From positions 32,001-96,000 of the forward strand of contig CAXXSM010000110.1 in NCBI GenBank assembly GCA_963663405.2: a DNA stretch of 64,000 nt, written 5' to 3'. Within the stretch, counting starts at the first letter, position 1. Each line of letters opens with the position of its first letter. Shown piece after piece: positions 8,680-16,632 of this stretch. A model generated the notes under the pieces. That model was not told the origin of the DNA. It worked only from the letters and a program-made list of their open reading frames with translations, and ran no database searches. The stretch comes from a bacterium. Its GTDB lineage: Bacteria; Hinthialibacterota; Hinthialibacteria; Hinthialibacterales; Hinthialibacteraceae. A program made the translations under genes and the position numbers.

Positions 8680-9093
8680 TCAAAGGTAAAATATCAAATC
8701 CCGTTCTTTCTGTTCCTGGACGGAATCCTTCTTCTGTCGGAAATTCAGAACCAGATTGGCCACTTTCACTAACGCCCGGGGAAACTTGTTGGAAAACACC
8801 CAGCCTTCCCGATAGCCGTATGTCTTGTTAAACCGGGAGACGTGATCGATCAGCCCCATCCGCCGCATTTTGGCGCGAACCGTTTCCAAACTCCGGCGGC
8901 TCAATCCCAGTTGATCTACAATCGGATCCAGGACCGGTAAGAACTGATCCTTGGCCCATTTCAGTTCCACGAAGATCGAGAGAAAAATCTTTTGATGATT
9001 AGAGTTATCCGGAAAGAGAATTCTCGCCAACTCATCCGCGGATTCCAACCGGGATATCGTGTTATGGTTAGTCTCGATTTTTGTGGAAGCCAT
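8680..9093 (-). CDS. Winged-helix-like hypothetical protein
   Basis: IVDQLGLSRRSLETVRAKMRRMGLI pattern; abuts upstream gene. Confidence 0.65.
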   Translation of the reverse strand: MASTKIETNHNTISRLESADELARILFPDNSNHQKIFLSIFVELKWAKDQFLPVLDPIVDQLGLSRRSLETVRAKMRRMGLIDHVSRFNKTYGYREGWVFSNKFPRALVKVANLVLNFRQKKDSVQEQKERDLIFYL

Positions 9094-9094
9094 T

Positions 9095-9487
9095 TTATTT
9101 AGGGCGGTAGGATCGATTAGCTTGATTGACTCGTTTGCGTAATGTCACTCGTTCTTTCGCGATTTCAAGCGCCTGAGATCGTAGGTATGAGCCAAAATTG
9201 GATTCCAACCAATAGATCGTTGTATACGCGTTCACGTAAATATCGTTGAATAACCGTTGGAATCTCCAGCGGACTCCCTGGCGGGTCATGCCAAACACGC
9301 GCTCTATTTTCATCCCGTAATTCTTGTGCAATACCAATGTTTTTGGATCGGTCTTCTTCAGTTCAATGGATAGATCGTTCTCCTCAAACAGACCTTTCAA
9401 CCGTTGGATGAACTCCAAATCCTTTTGTGTCAGTTTCACTTTTCTTTTAAGGATTGATGTTCTATTTAAGGTTTTCGATCTCCTCAT
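9095..9487 (-). CDS. Hypothetical protein, possible HTH
   Basis: IERVFGMTRQGVRWRFQRL; start uncertain (9487 or 9550). Confidence 0.6.
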   Translation of the reverse strand: MRRSKTLNRTSILKRKVKLTQKDLEFIQRLKGLFEENDLSIELKKTDPKTLVLHKNYGMKIERVFGMTRQGVRWRFQRLFNDIYVNAYTTIYWLESNFGSYLRSQALEIAKERVTLRKRVNQANRSYRPK

Positions 9488-10235
9488 CGAAATCCCGTTT
9501 AAACACCCAGATATCGTTCCCCTCTTGCCGCAAATGGACTTGCCGGTCATGTTCCATGAATATCAGTGTAATAAACCGCCAGATTCGATCCTTCGGTGTG
9601 GAAGGATGCAACGCCGGTATCTGTGAAAAGAGCACACTGCGCTGGTTTACAAGAGCAGAGATGGCGCGCTGGTAATCGGTCATGCAGAACGTTTCCGAAC
9701 GGTCATATGCAAACTCATCATTCCCCGTTTCGGCGCCGATCAACCGATCCAAATCTTGTTCCAATCCTGGGATGGTGTCCAATTGGGGATAGTCCTCCAA
9801 TTCCAGTTCTTTCGAATGAGAATCCCTTAGCTGTTTTCTCATCCTGTCGCGGTACAGTTGTTTCCGTTCGCGTGATTCTTTCATTCGCTCTCTAAAATAA
9901 TCCGCGTCGAACAGCCGTTCATCAAAGAGAAATCTGGACGGAACGGTAGCGCCGCATTGCGTACAGGCGTAATGATACACTTTCTTCGTTAGCCTGGCTT
10001 TGCAGCAGGGGCTTGATTGAAATTCGATTGTCGGATCGAGTTGAACACCGCAGGAACATCGCCATGTCGTAGGAGAGAGAACCTTCATCTTTTGGCCGCA
10101 TTGGGGGCACCGGTAGCGCATCCGCAGCACCGCCACGTAAAAATCCCGCGCAATAGTCTGGATTGTTGTCACTCGATCGTGAACACGGTCGATCGCCGCA
10201 ATCAGAGGATTTGGATTCCTTCGTGGAATGAGCAT
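9462..10235 (-). CDS. Multi-Zn-ribbon protein with ScpA/kleisin-like C-terminal winged helix
   Basis: CPQC..CSC, CC..CTQC; RIWRFITLIFMEHDRQVHLRQEGNDIWV resembles the ScpA C-terminus. Confidence 0.65.
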   Translation of the reverse strand: MLIPRRNPNPLIAAIDRVHDRVTTIQTIARDFYVAVLRMRYRCPQCGQKMKVLSPTTWRCSCGVQLDPTIEFQSSPCCKARLTKKVYHYACTQCGATVPSRFLFDERLFDADYFRERMKESRERKQLYRDRMRKQLRDSHSKELELEDYPQLDTIPGLEQDLDRLIGAETGNDEFAYDRSETFCMTDYQRAISALVNQRSVLFSQIPALHPSTPKDRIWRFITLIFMEHDRQVHLRQEGNDIWVFKRDFDEEIENLK

Positions 10236-10257
10236 GCCATTGGGGATATGCGCAAAG

Positions 10258-10297
10258 CATATAGATGTTTCGGTTGGAAAAACGAAAGGTTTATATA
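10258..10297. promoter_or_regulatory. Divergent archaeal-type BRE-TATA pair
   Basis: + strand GAAAGG-TTTATATA (10284-10297); - strand CGAAACA-TCTATATG ending 22 nt before ATG 10235. Confidence 0.5.
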
Positions 10298-10332
10298 GAT
10301 GTCGAGACCTATTGTTTTACAGGTGATCAAGT

Positions 10333-10491
10333 ATGGAAGAACTATTTGAATGTCCTTATTGTACATCGTCTAACACAATTTGGCGGGGTTATCGTAAATT
10401 GAAAGAAGGGCGAGTCAGAATTCGCCAATGCAAATCCTGTAAGCGGCGATTCACTCCCAGAAAACAACCGGAATATGGTGATGAACCATGA
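10333..10491 (+). CDS. 52-aa Zn-ribbon protein (not in ORF track)
   Basis: MEELFECPYCTSSNTIWRGYRKLKEGRVRIRQCKSCKRRFTPRKQPEYGDEP*; AGGTGA SD; ATGA overlap with 10488. Confidence 0.75.
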   Translation: MEELFECPYCTSSNTIWRGYRKLKEGRVRIRQCKSCKRRFTPRKQPEYGDEP

Positions 10492-10796
10492 ATGGAATAG
10501 CCGCTAAACCGGAGATGGAATTCAAAGCCGGCGCGGTTCGCGCCGCTATCTGGATGAATCCACATCAATCCGCCGATGGGAAATTGTTTACCAGCGCGAA
10601 AGTCGTGGTGGAACGGATCTACAAGGATGAGAGCGGCCATTTTAAAAGCACACACCGTCTCGATACCAATGATATCCCCAAGGCGATCCTGGTTCTCAAA
10701 AAGGCGTTCGAAGTGCTTACGCTCAAAAAACCGGAGCCAGGATATCAGCCGACACAGTCTTCTCTCCATCCATCGATCCCTAACCGTCTACCATGA
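10488..10796 (+). CDS. Putative PC4-like nucleic-acid-binding protein
   Basis: FKAGAVRAAIWMN..VERIYKDESGHFKST..NDIPKAILVLKKAFE; GGTGA SD. Confidence 0.65.
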   Translation: MNGIAAKPEMEFKAGAVRAAIWMNPHQSADGKLFTSAKVVVERIYKDESGHFKSTHRLDTNDIPKAILVLKKAFEVLTLKKPEPGYQPTQSSLHPSIPNRLP

Positions 10797-11032
10797 ATCC
10801 CCGCTTTGAAGATCGGACTTTCTTGGCGAGTGAACCACTGGATTGGATTATGATTCAAAGAATCAGAGATCTGCGAAATCTTGCTGATGCGAGCCATGAT
10901 CGATTGAGAGAATTACGACGGGAGCCCCAAAAGAATTCTTTGGAGATCCGGTTTGAAGAAACTGTTCTTCATTCGACCTTACGAACGATTGAGAAAATGG
11001 AACATTCATTGTTTCTGGAAAGGAATGACTAA
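10793..11032 (+). CDS. Hypothetical protein
   Basis: ATGA overlap with the preceding gene. Confidence 0.55.
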   Translation: MNPRFEDRTFLASEPLDWIMIQRIRDLRNLADASHDRLRELRREPQKNSLEIRFEETVLHSTLRTIEKMEHSLFLERND

Positions 11033-12301
11033 AGATTTTGCCCGCAGGTCTTGAAGACCTTTTGGACGACTTTTTCTGGAAGAGAGGAAGACAGTTCCCG
11101 GGTTTTTTCCGTACCGCCCCTTTGAGATTACCCTGGCGTTGATTAAACCGTAGATGTCCAAAAAACTGACGATATCAGAGAATCGCCGCTGTGTGAGTGT
11201 CCGCACATTCCGCTGGTCACAGATGGATCGATAAATATCATAAGCGGGCCCGGTCCAGAGTTTTTCTCGTGAGTTATGCAAGCCAGTATAGCAAGCCAAG
11301 AGAGCGCATTTCTGTTGAGGCGCGAGAGCTTGGATTAACTGCTCGGTCTTGTCGATCTCCAACAAGGAATCCGCCTCATCCACTTCACGCACACCCAGAT
11401 AACCGGTCGAATCTTCGGCGATTTTGACTCCTTTGACTAACAACTCGATGGCTTTGCGCGCGTCTCCATTCTCCCGTGACGCGTATGCGGCGATTTTGCG
11501 GATCGACGCGGGATCGACTTTCCGGATGTCGAGGGCTTTCTCCACCCGGAGATTTAAGATTTCAATCAGATCCATGGCGTCGTAGGGCTCAAAAATAATA
11601 TCCGTCTTTTTGAGCACGGAGAGAATTCGAGGATCCAAGGTTTTGTCCCATTCGATTCGATTGGTCAGCAAGAGATAAAATAAGCGGACGGGAACCCGTT
11701 TGGGCAATGTTTTGGCTAAAAACGTGTAAAAGAGATCGCTGTTGGAGGTGACATTGTCGACCTCGTCCATCACAATGCAGACCAAGTTATGGCGGGCCGT
11801 CAGCGCCCGGATGACGGTCTCTTGCATCTGGTCTAACGCGATGCCTTTGCGGTACCGTTTGGTTGTCCCATCCAAGGATAAGGCCAGCTCGTTCAACGCG
11901 CCAAAACAGGTTTTCGGAGTGGTGAGATCGACGTAATAATACTGAAACTGAATCTGTTTGGCGCCGCACATGGAAGCCAGAGCGTTGAGGAAATGTAAGC
12001 AGGTGACCGATTTGCCCGCGCCGGAAGGGCCGTAGATCAGGAGATTGGCCGGCGAATCACCGGCCAGAACGGGTGATAAGTATTTGGCTAATCGATGCAG
12101 TTGTTGTTGGCGAATGTTGCGTTGAAAGATCTCTTTTAGAACCGTTACCCGTTCGGATTCCGTCAGTTTTTCATCATCGAGATAGGAAGGATTCAGCGTG
12201 ATTTTCTTGTCTTCGATATGAAGAAACGCTTCTTGAATCAGGGATTCTGTGCTCGTTGTCGAGGTGGATGGTTCGGTTCCATAGGAAATCTTCTGACTCA
12301 T
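11006..12301 (-). CDS. cdc6: Orc1/Cdc6-family replication initiator (AAA+ plus winged helix); probable +1 frameshift near the C-terminus
   Basis: NLLIYGPSGAGKS, IVMDEVD, LDPRILS, FEPYDAMDLIEILNLRV, GDARKAIELL, LTQRRFSDIVSFLDIYGLI..KGRYGK. Confidence 0.9.
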   Translation of the reverse strand: MSQKISYGTEPSTSTTSTESLIQEAFLHIEDKKITLNPSYLDDEKLTESERVTVLKEIFQRNIRQQQLHRLAKYLSPVLAGDSPANLLIYGPSGAGKSVTCLHFLNALASMCGAKQIQFQYYYVDLTTPKTCFGALNELALSLDGTTKRYRKGIALDQMQETVIRALTARHNLVCIVMDEVDNVTSNSDLFYTFLAKTLPKRVPVRLFYLLLTNRIEWDKTLDPRILSVLKKTDIIFEPYDAMDLIEILNLRVEKALDIRKVDPASIRKIAAYASRENGDARKAIELLVKGVKIAEDSTGYLGVREVDEADSLLEIDKTEQLIQALAPQQKCALLACYTGLHNSREKLWTGPAYDIYRSICDQRNVRTLTQRRFSDIVSFLDIYGLINARVISKGRYGKNPGTVFLSSRKSRPKGLQDLRAKSLVIPFQKQ

Positions 12302-12325
12302 GCCGTATAGGAAGGCCTCTTTCAA

Positions 12326-12340
12326 TATTTAAATTTTTTC
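12326..12340 (-). promoter_or_regulatory. Archaeal-type BRE-TATA upstream of cdc6
   Basis: GAAAAAA-TTTAAATA ending 24 nt before ATG 12301; no SD. Confidence 0.55.
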
Positions 12341-12468
12341 TTGTCCTGAAGGAGTGATAACAGAGAACTGGGAGGGAAGATTTCCTGTGGAACGCAATTA
12401 TAAAATAAGGTTCATCCGGAAATTGGGCACATCGATTGAATTTTTAATAAAAAGTGTAATCGAAAGCC

Positions 12469-12559
12469 CTATGGATCGTGACGTGTCTGTGGACAAATCT
12501 ATCGATATTGCCCACAGCCACTTGGATAACGATAAAGCCGTTATCCACACGCTCCACAG
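12469..12559. repeat. Cloverleaf of hairpins containing DnaA-box sequences
   Basis: Stems 12469-80/12548-59, 12487-96/12508-17, 12524-31/12539-46; TTATCCACA at 12541; TGTGGACAA at 12488. Confidence 0.7.
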
Positions 12560-13065
12560 TTATACGGATAATACCAATTCTATTTTTTTCTTTGTTAATA
12601 ACTGATTGAATATTCTATACTTAAGAATCTTGAAAAACTTGCTAAGATTTAAAGAAATCCTTGTATTGATCATTTTAAAAAACAGATTGCAAAACACCCA
12701 ATAATCAATATTCCGATAGTCTATTCAAAGATTAGATAATCATAGAATAAGATACACAAATATTTGACAGATTACTTTTGACATTTAACAGATCACGGAG
12801 TATCGATGCTTTTTTCCTAGGAAATTTGAGGTATCACAATGATAAAACTTACAAAAAATGGTGAAATTTCCTAAGAAAAAACGCAATGCGCCCAATTTCC
12901 GGATGAGCCTAAAATAAGTTGTTTATTACTTCTTTTATTACATACTATATAGAAAACAAAAACAAACATTCAAATTCAAAAATTTTCATACATATCACAA
13001 TTGAAAATGAGTTTCCACAGGAAATCTCCTCTCATGGTTCGACCAATTTCCAATGAATTTCCAAT

Positions 13066-13080
13066 CGTAACATTTATATT
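13066..13080 (+). promoter_or_regulatory. Archaeal-type BRE-TATA motif
   Basis: CGTAACA-TTTATATT ending 23 nt before in-frame ATG 13104. Confidence 0.5.
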
Positions 13081-13103
13081 TGAGTAGGAACAAATATGAA
13101 TCC

Positions 13104-14327
13104 ATGATTGGAAATCGAATGGCAAATGGGATAGATCATCACGCGTGGACATTCACAAGATCGTCAGTTCCCAATGGATTCTCTGCTTTGACTCAGTGGG
13201 ATACTATCCTCGATCCAACCCATGTTTATCTTCGTCATTCTAACATCATCGATTTTTTCATTTTTGCTCTTATTTTCATCGGAATCGCTCATTTCAGTCT
13301 CCGAAAGAGATTTCCTGGTAGAGCAGGAAGAGCGGTCAGTTTGGGGATTGGATTGGTTCTGGCCTTTTCTATGATTTCTGCGGAAAAGAGATATCAATTT
13401 ACTCTCACTTCATTTGGTACGGTGGCAATTGTCATTTTAACTCTTCTGTTTGGGATTATGGTCTACCAGATTTTTTCGTATTTAAAAATAAGTTCGATTC
13501 TATCTTTTCTTTTAACCTTGGTTGTGATGATGTTGGTAGTTACAACCATCGATCCTTATTTGAATGATCTGGCAAGCGCTATCATTCCTTTTTTGTATCC
13601 ATTGCTCGTAATCGCATTTCTTGTCTCTTTGGTGAAAGCGCTTGCAAAGATTAGTGCCAGGAGTCCGAGTGAAGCTCTGAAAGTCAAATTACATAAACTC
13701 TCCTACAACGATCCCGATCGAATCACCAACAAGAAATTATCCGATGAAGCGAATTCTTTGAAGAAAGTCGGTATTCCTGGAATCAAAAAAATGCAGTCTA
13801 GCATGAAACAGATGAAGACATCGTTTGATGAACTGGATTCTTCCATTCAACATTACGGAGGGAATCCTCGGGCCCGATCCTTGCTCGCTCAGAAAATACA
13901 AATGACGTTTCAATCGAACCGTTATTTGAAAAAATCACTGGATTCTCTTAAAACACTCAATGAACGTCTCCTGGCTCTGGATTCCAGTCTGTTTTCTGCA
14001 AAACAGCGCCAACTGATGGACAAAATGAGTCTAAAAGAACGGAGGAAATTGAAGAAAGAGATACTGGATGAACAGCAAAAGGTTGGATTGGAATCGGAGA
14101 TCGAGGAGTTAGAAACGAGGATTGAGAATCGGGAAATCGCGATTAATCAATCGTTGCGTGATTCCATGAGAAATCTACTGGCTGGAAGAATAGAGGAAGC
14201 GCTCAAGAAGATTCGAATAGCGAGAGTCTGGAAGAAAGAAGGCTATTTGATCGCCCAGCGGATTCAGGATTTGGAAAAGAAAATTTTGAGGATAAGCCTT
14301 TTGGATATCGATCGAACGAAAATTTAA
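13104..14327 (+). CDS. Membrane protein (about 5 TM segments) with long C-terminal coiled coil
   Basis: Hydrophobic segments from IIDFFIFALIFIGIA to LLVIAFLVSLV, then K/E/L-rich heptads. Confidence 0.75.
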   Translation: MIGNRMANGIDHHAWTFTRSSVPNGFSALTQWDTILDPTHVYLRHSNIIDFFIFALIFIGIAHFSLRKRFPGRAGRAVSLGIGLVLAFSMISAEKRYQFTLTSFGTVAIVILTLLFGIMVYQIFSYLKISSILSFLLTLVVMMLVVTTIDPYLNDLASAIIPFLYPLLVIAFLVSLVKALAKISARSPSEALKVKLHKLSYNDPDRITNKKLSDEANSLKKVGIPGIKKMQSSMKQMKTSFDELDSSIQHYGGNPRARSLLAQKIQMTFQSNRYLKKSLDSLKTLNERLLALDSSLFSAKQRQLMDKMSLKERRKLKKEILDEQQKVGLESEIEELETRIENREIAINQSLRDSMRNLLAGRIEEALKKIRIARVWKKEGYLIAQRIQDLEKKILRISLLDIDRTKI

Positions 14328-14339
14328 CTGGTTAGTAAA

Positions 14340-14819
14340 TCAGCGGTTTTGCACGGTCAAAATCGCATTCATGATCTCACGCATGCGTTCAATTGTATCG
14401 ACCTGATGAGAATCCCTGTGATGATACATCACATCAATCCCAGCAAAGAGATTCCGATGAAGACTTTCCACTTGATACAGATTCTGCTTATCCGCTTCCA
14501 GAACTAGGACAAAACGATATTCATTCTCCCAACCTTGTATCTTCATATGTGGCCGGGCGCGGAGGAAATACTCCTCCGCCCGGTGAACTTGCCGGATGGC
14601 TTCCCCAATATCGTAGAGTCGAGGTTTCATTTCACAGATCAACCATGTCGATCTTTTCTGATCCGCAGAATCTTTCCGAAGCACAACATCAATCACGCCC
14701 CGATCCCCATAATGGTTGTACATGATCTCACAGCCAACCAGGGAGTAATGTTTTAACTTCATCGCCTCAATGAAATTCTGTGTAAATGCGGCGTGTTGAT
14801 GGTCTTTTGTGGAAGGCAT
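14340..14819 (-). CDS. PD-(D/E)XK restriction-endonuclease-like protein
   Basis: CEIMY..GVIDVV..LICEMK..GEAIRQV; start uncertain (14819 or 14990). Confidence 0.6.
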   Translation of the reverse strand: MPSTKDHQHAAFTQNFIEAMKLKHYSLVGCEIMYNHYGDRGVIDVVLRKDSADQKRSTWLICEMKPRLYDIGEAIRQVHRAEEYFLRARPHMKIQGWENEYRFVLVLEADKQNLYQVESLHRNLFAGIDVMYHHRDSHQVDTIERMREIMNAILTVQNR

Positions 14820-14850
14820 TTTCTCATGAGACCAAAGTAAGAATGTATGA

Positions 14851-14864
14851 TTTATAAAACTTTG
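14851..14864 (-). promoter_or_regulatory. Archaeal-type BRE-TATA-like motif
   Basis: CAAAGT-TTTATAAA ending 23 nt before ATG 14827 (out of frame) and 31 nt before in-frame ATG 14819. Confidence 0.35.
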
Positions 14865-15304
14865 GATTTTACAAGGTGTGTATTCATAACTCGATTGATT
14901 GAGTAATCGATGCCGGTCAGGATGGTAAACAGGATTGTGTCTATTCGGTGGAATTCGTGGTATGATGATTTTCTCAAGTCTTGCATTCATTGACCTTTTT
15001 AGTTTGAATGACTGATTATTTTCAATAAATCGTCATAAACCTTTGTTTTTGAGTGATTTGAGCGTTCATTTCTTTGAAATATAAGGTACACGGATGCAAA
15101 ATCGGCATACATATATAGATATTATATGAGATCAAATTTAATAATTAATGAGTTAAACTTTTTATAATAGGGTATATATAATACTAAATTATTCAAAAAA
15201 TACTCTAACCTTGTGTATTCTCAATTCAAGCAATTTTCCCCTTAAATCAAAAATTTGTTGTGATATCTTATACGTATATTTCGGAGTGATTTTGGAGGAA
15301 AATC

Positions 15305-16411
15305 ATGGCTGATCAAACCCGAAAAAAGAAGATTAAGAGAGTCTATGGAACCGGTTGTCTTTATCAGAGGAATGGGTTTTGGTATGTCAGTTTTCGTCAT
15401 GAAGGTAAACAGTTGGTTCGCGCGGTTGTAGAGCCGAGTACGAAACGGCGGGCGGTGAATAAAATACAAGCCGAAAAATGGGCTCAGGAAATGATGTATC
15501 GAATTTCCCATGGCGAAAAAGGCGCATTGGAAGATCGGATTAAGAAAAAGAATTTGATTTTACTCCAAGAACTTGATGAAGCTTATTGTCAGGCGTTTGA
15601 AGAACAATGGGATGAAAAACGAAGAGTCCATCACCGGAATGTCATAGGGCGGTTTACGAAACGCTTTACTCATATTCGTGATATTACACATGAATCGCTT
15701 GGTCAATACGTGGAAGAACGCAAAAGTCCATCATCCCGTGGTACGATTCGTTCAAACGCAACAATCAACAGAGAACTATCAGAATTACGAAGGATTCTTA
15801 ATTGGGCTTTGCAAGTTGACCTCATTGAGAGAAATCCATTTCTTGGATTTAAACTACTCAAAGAAGAAAACCACCGGGAGAGAATTTTAACGGATGAAGA
15901 ATTACAACGCTTACTTGCGACTCTCAAGAAGAAAGAATTCTCGGATTTTCGTCCAATTGTGTTGATTGCGTTGTATATGGGGATGCGGCGGGGCGAGATC
16001 ATTAATTTGAAATGGTCGGATGTTGATGAAACGAAACAAGAATTCGATCTACTCAAAACCAAAAATGGAAAACGCCGGAGGCTTCCAATCCCCGATATCG
16101 TATGGAAGGAATTGAGAAAGATCAAAAGGAATTCTGAATACATCTTTGCGTCACCAAGGAATCCAGAGCAACCACGAAAAAAGATATGGAATCGTTGGAC
16201 AGCGCTATTGAAAGCTAGTAAGATAGACAACTTTCGCTTCCATGATGCTCGCCACTGGTGTGCATCAAATTTGTTACGAAATGGCGCCGATCTCGCAGTC
16301 GTGAAGGAGATTCTTGGGCATACGACTATCGTGACGACCAGCCGATATTTGAATGTTCTTCAAAAGGAGAAGAAGACTGCGTTGGATGACTTAGAAAGAA
16401 AATTCACTTGA
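15305..16411 (+). CDS. Tyrosine recombinase/integrase
   Basis: GMRRGEI (R), TKNG (K), FHDARH (HxxR), ILGH, TTSRY (Y); arm-binding-like N-terminus; GGAGG SD. Confidence 0.95.
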   Translation: MADQTRKKKIKRVYGTGCLYQRNGFWYVSFRHEGKQLVRAVVEPSTKRRAVNKIQAEKWAQEMMYRISHGEKGALEDRIKKKNLILLQELDEAYCQAFEEQWDEKRRVHHRNVIGRFTKRFTHIRDITHESLGQYVEERKSPSSRGTIRSNATINRELSELRRILNWALQVDLIERNPFLGFKLLKEENHRERILTDEELQRLLATLKKKEFSDFRPIVLIALYMGMRRGEIINLKWSDVDETKQEFDLLKTKNGKRRRLPIPDIVWKELRKIKRNSEYIFASPRNPEQPRKKIWNRWTALLKASKIDNFRFHDARHWCASNLLRNGADLAVVKEILGHTTIVTTSRYLNVLQKEKKTALDDLERKFT

Positions 16412-16632
16412 TCTTGATTAAATATATGGGCATGGAAACAATCTTGACCAATGTTTTTCAAATGGCGCCTATCCAAGTTGTATAAAACTTGATATATCCT
16501 CTTCTAGATGGTTCTAACTCGTACATATTTTAGTCAACATAAAATGATTGAGCAAACACCGTTAATCAATCTAGTGAATTTTCGTTAAATACTAGGTGTA
16601 CAGAATTCCCTATCATCGAATCGAGGTTAAAA

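Larger units (their letters stand above)
12276..13027. other. Putative replication origin: AT-rich region with ORB-like inverted boxes
   Basis: TTCCA(C/T)AGGAAATCT at 12277(+), 12378-12392(-), 13013(+); IR pairs 12409-12432/12886-12909 (22/24) and 12810-12827/12864-12881 (17/18). Confidence 0.7.
1..16411. mobile_element. Integrative element (right part; left end outside window, right boundary not located)
   Basis: Tyrosine integrase, ArdC-like gene, HerA-like ATPase, Orc1/Cdc6 initiator and many small hypothetical genes; host-type metabolic genes resume at 16633. No att repeat seen. Confidence 0.75.

Noticed and set aside
12354-12605. 83-aa ORF
   Set aside because: Lies over the ORB-like boxes and DnaA cloverleaf; no recognisable protein features.
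16412-16632. attR or tRNA integration site
   Set aside because: No tRNA fragment or matching direct repeat in the window.
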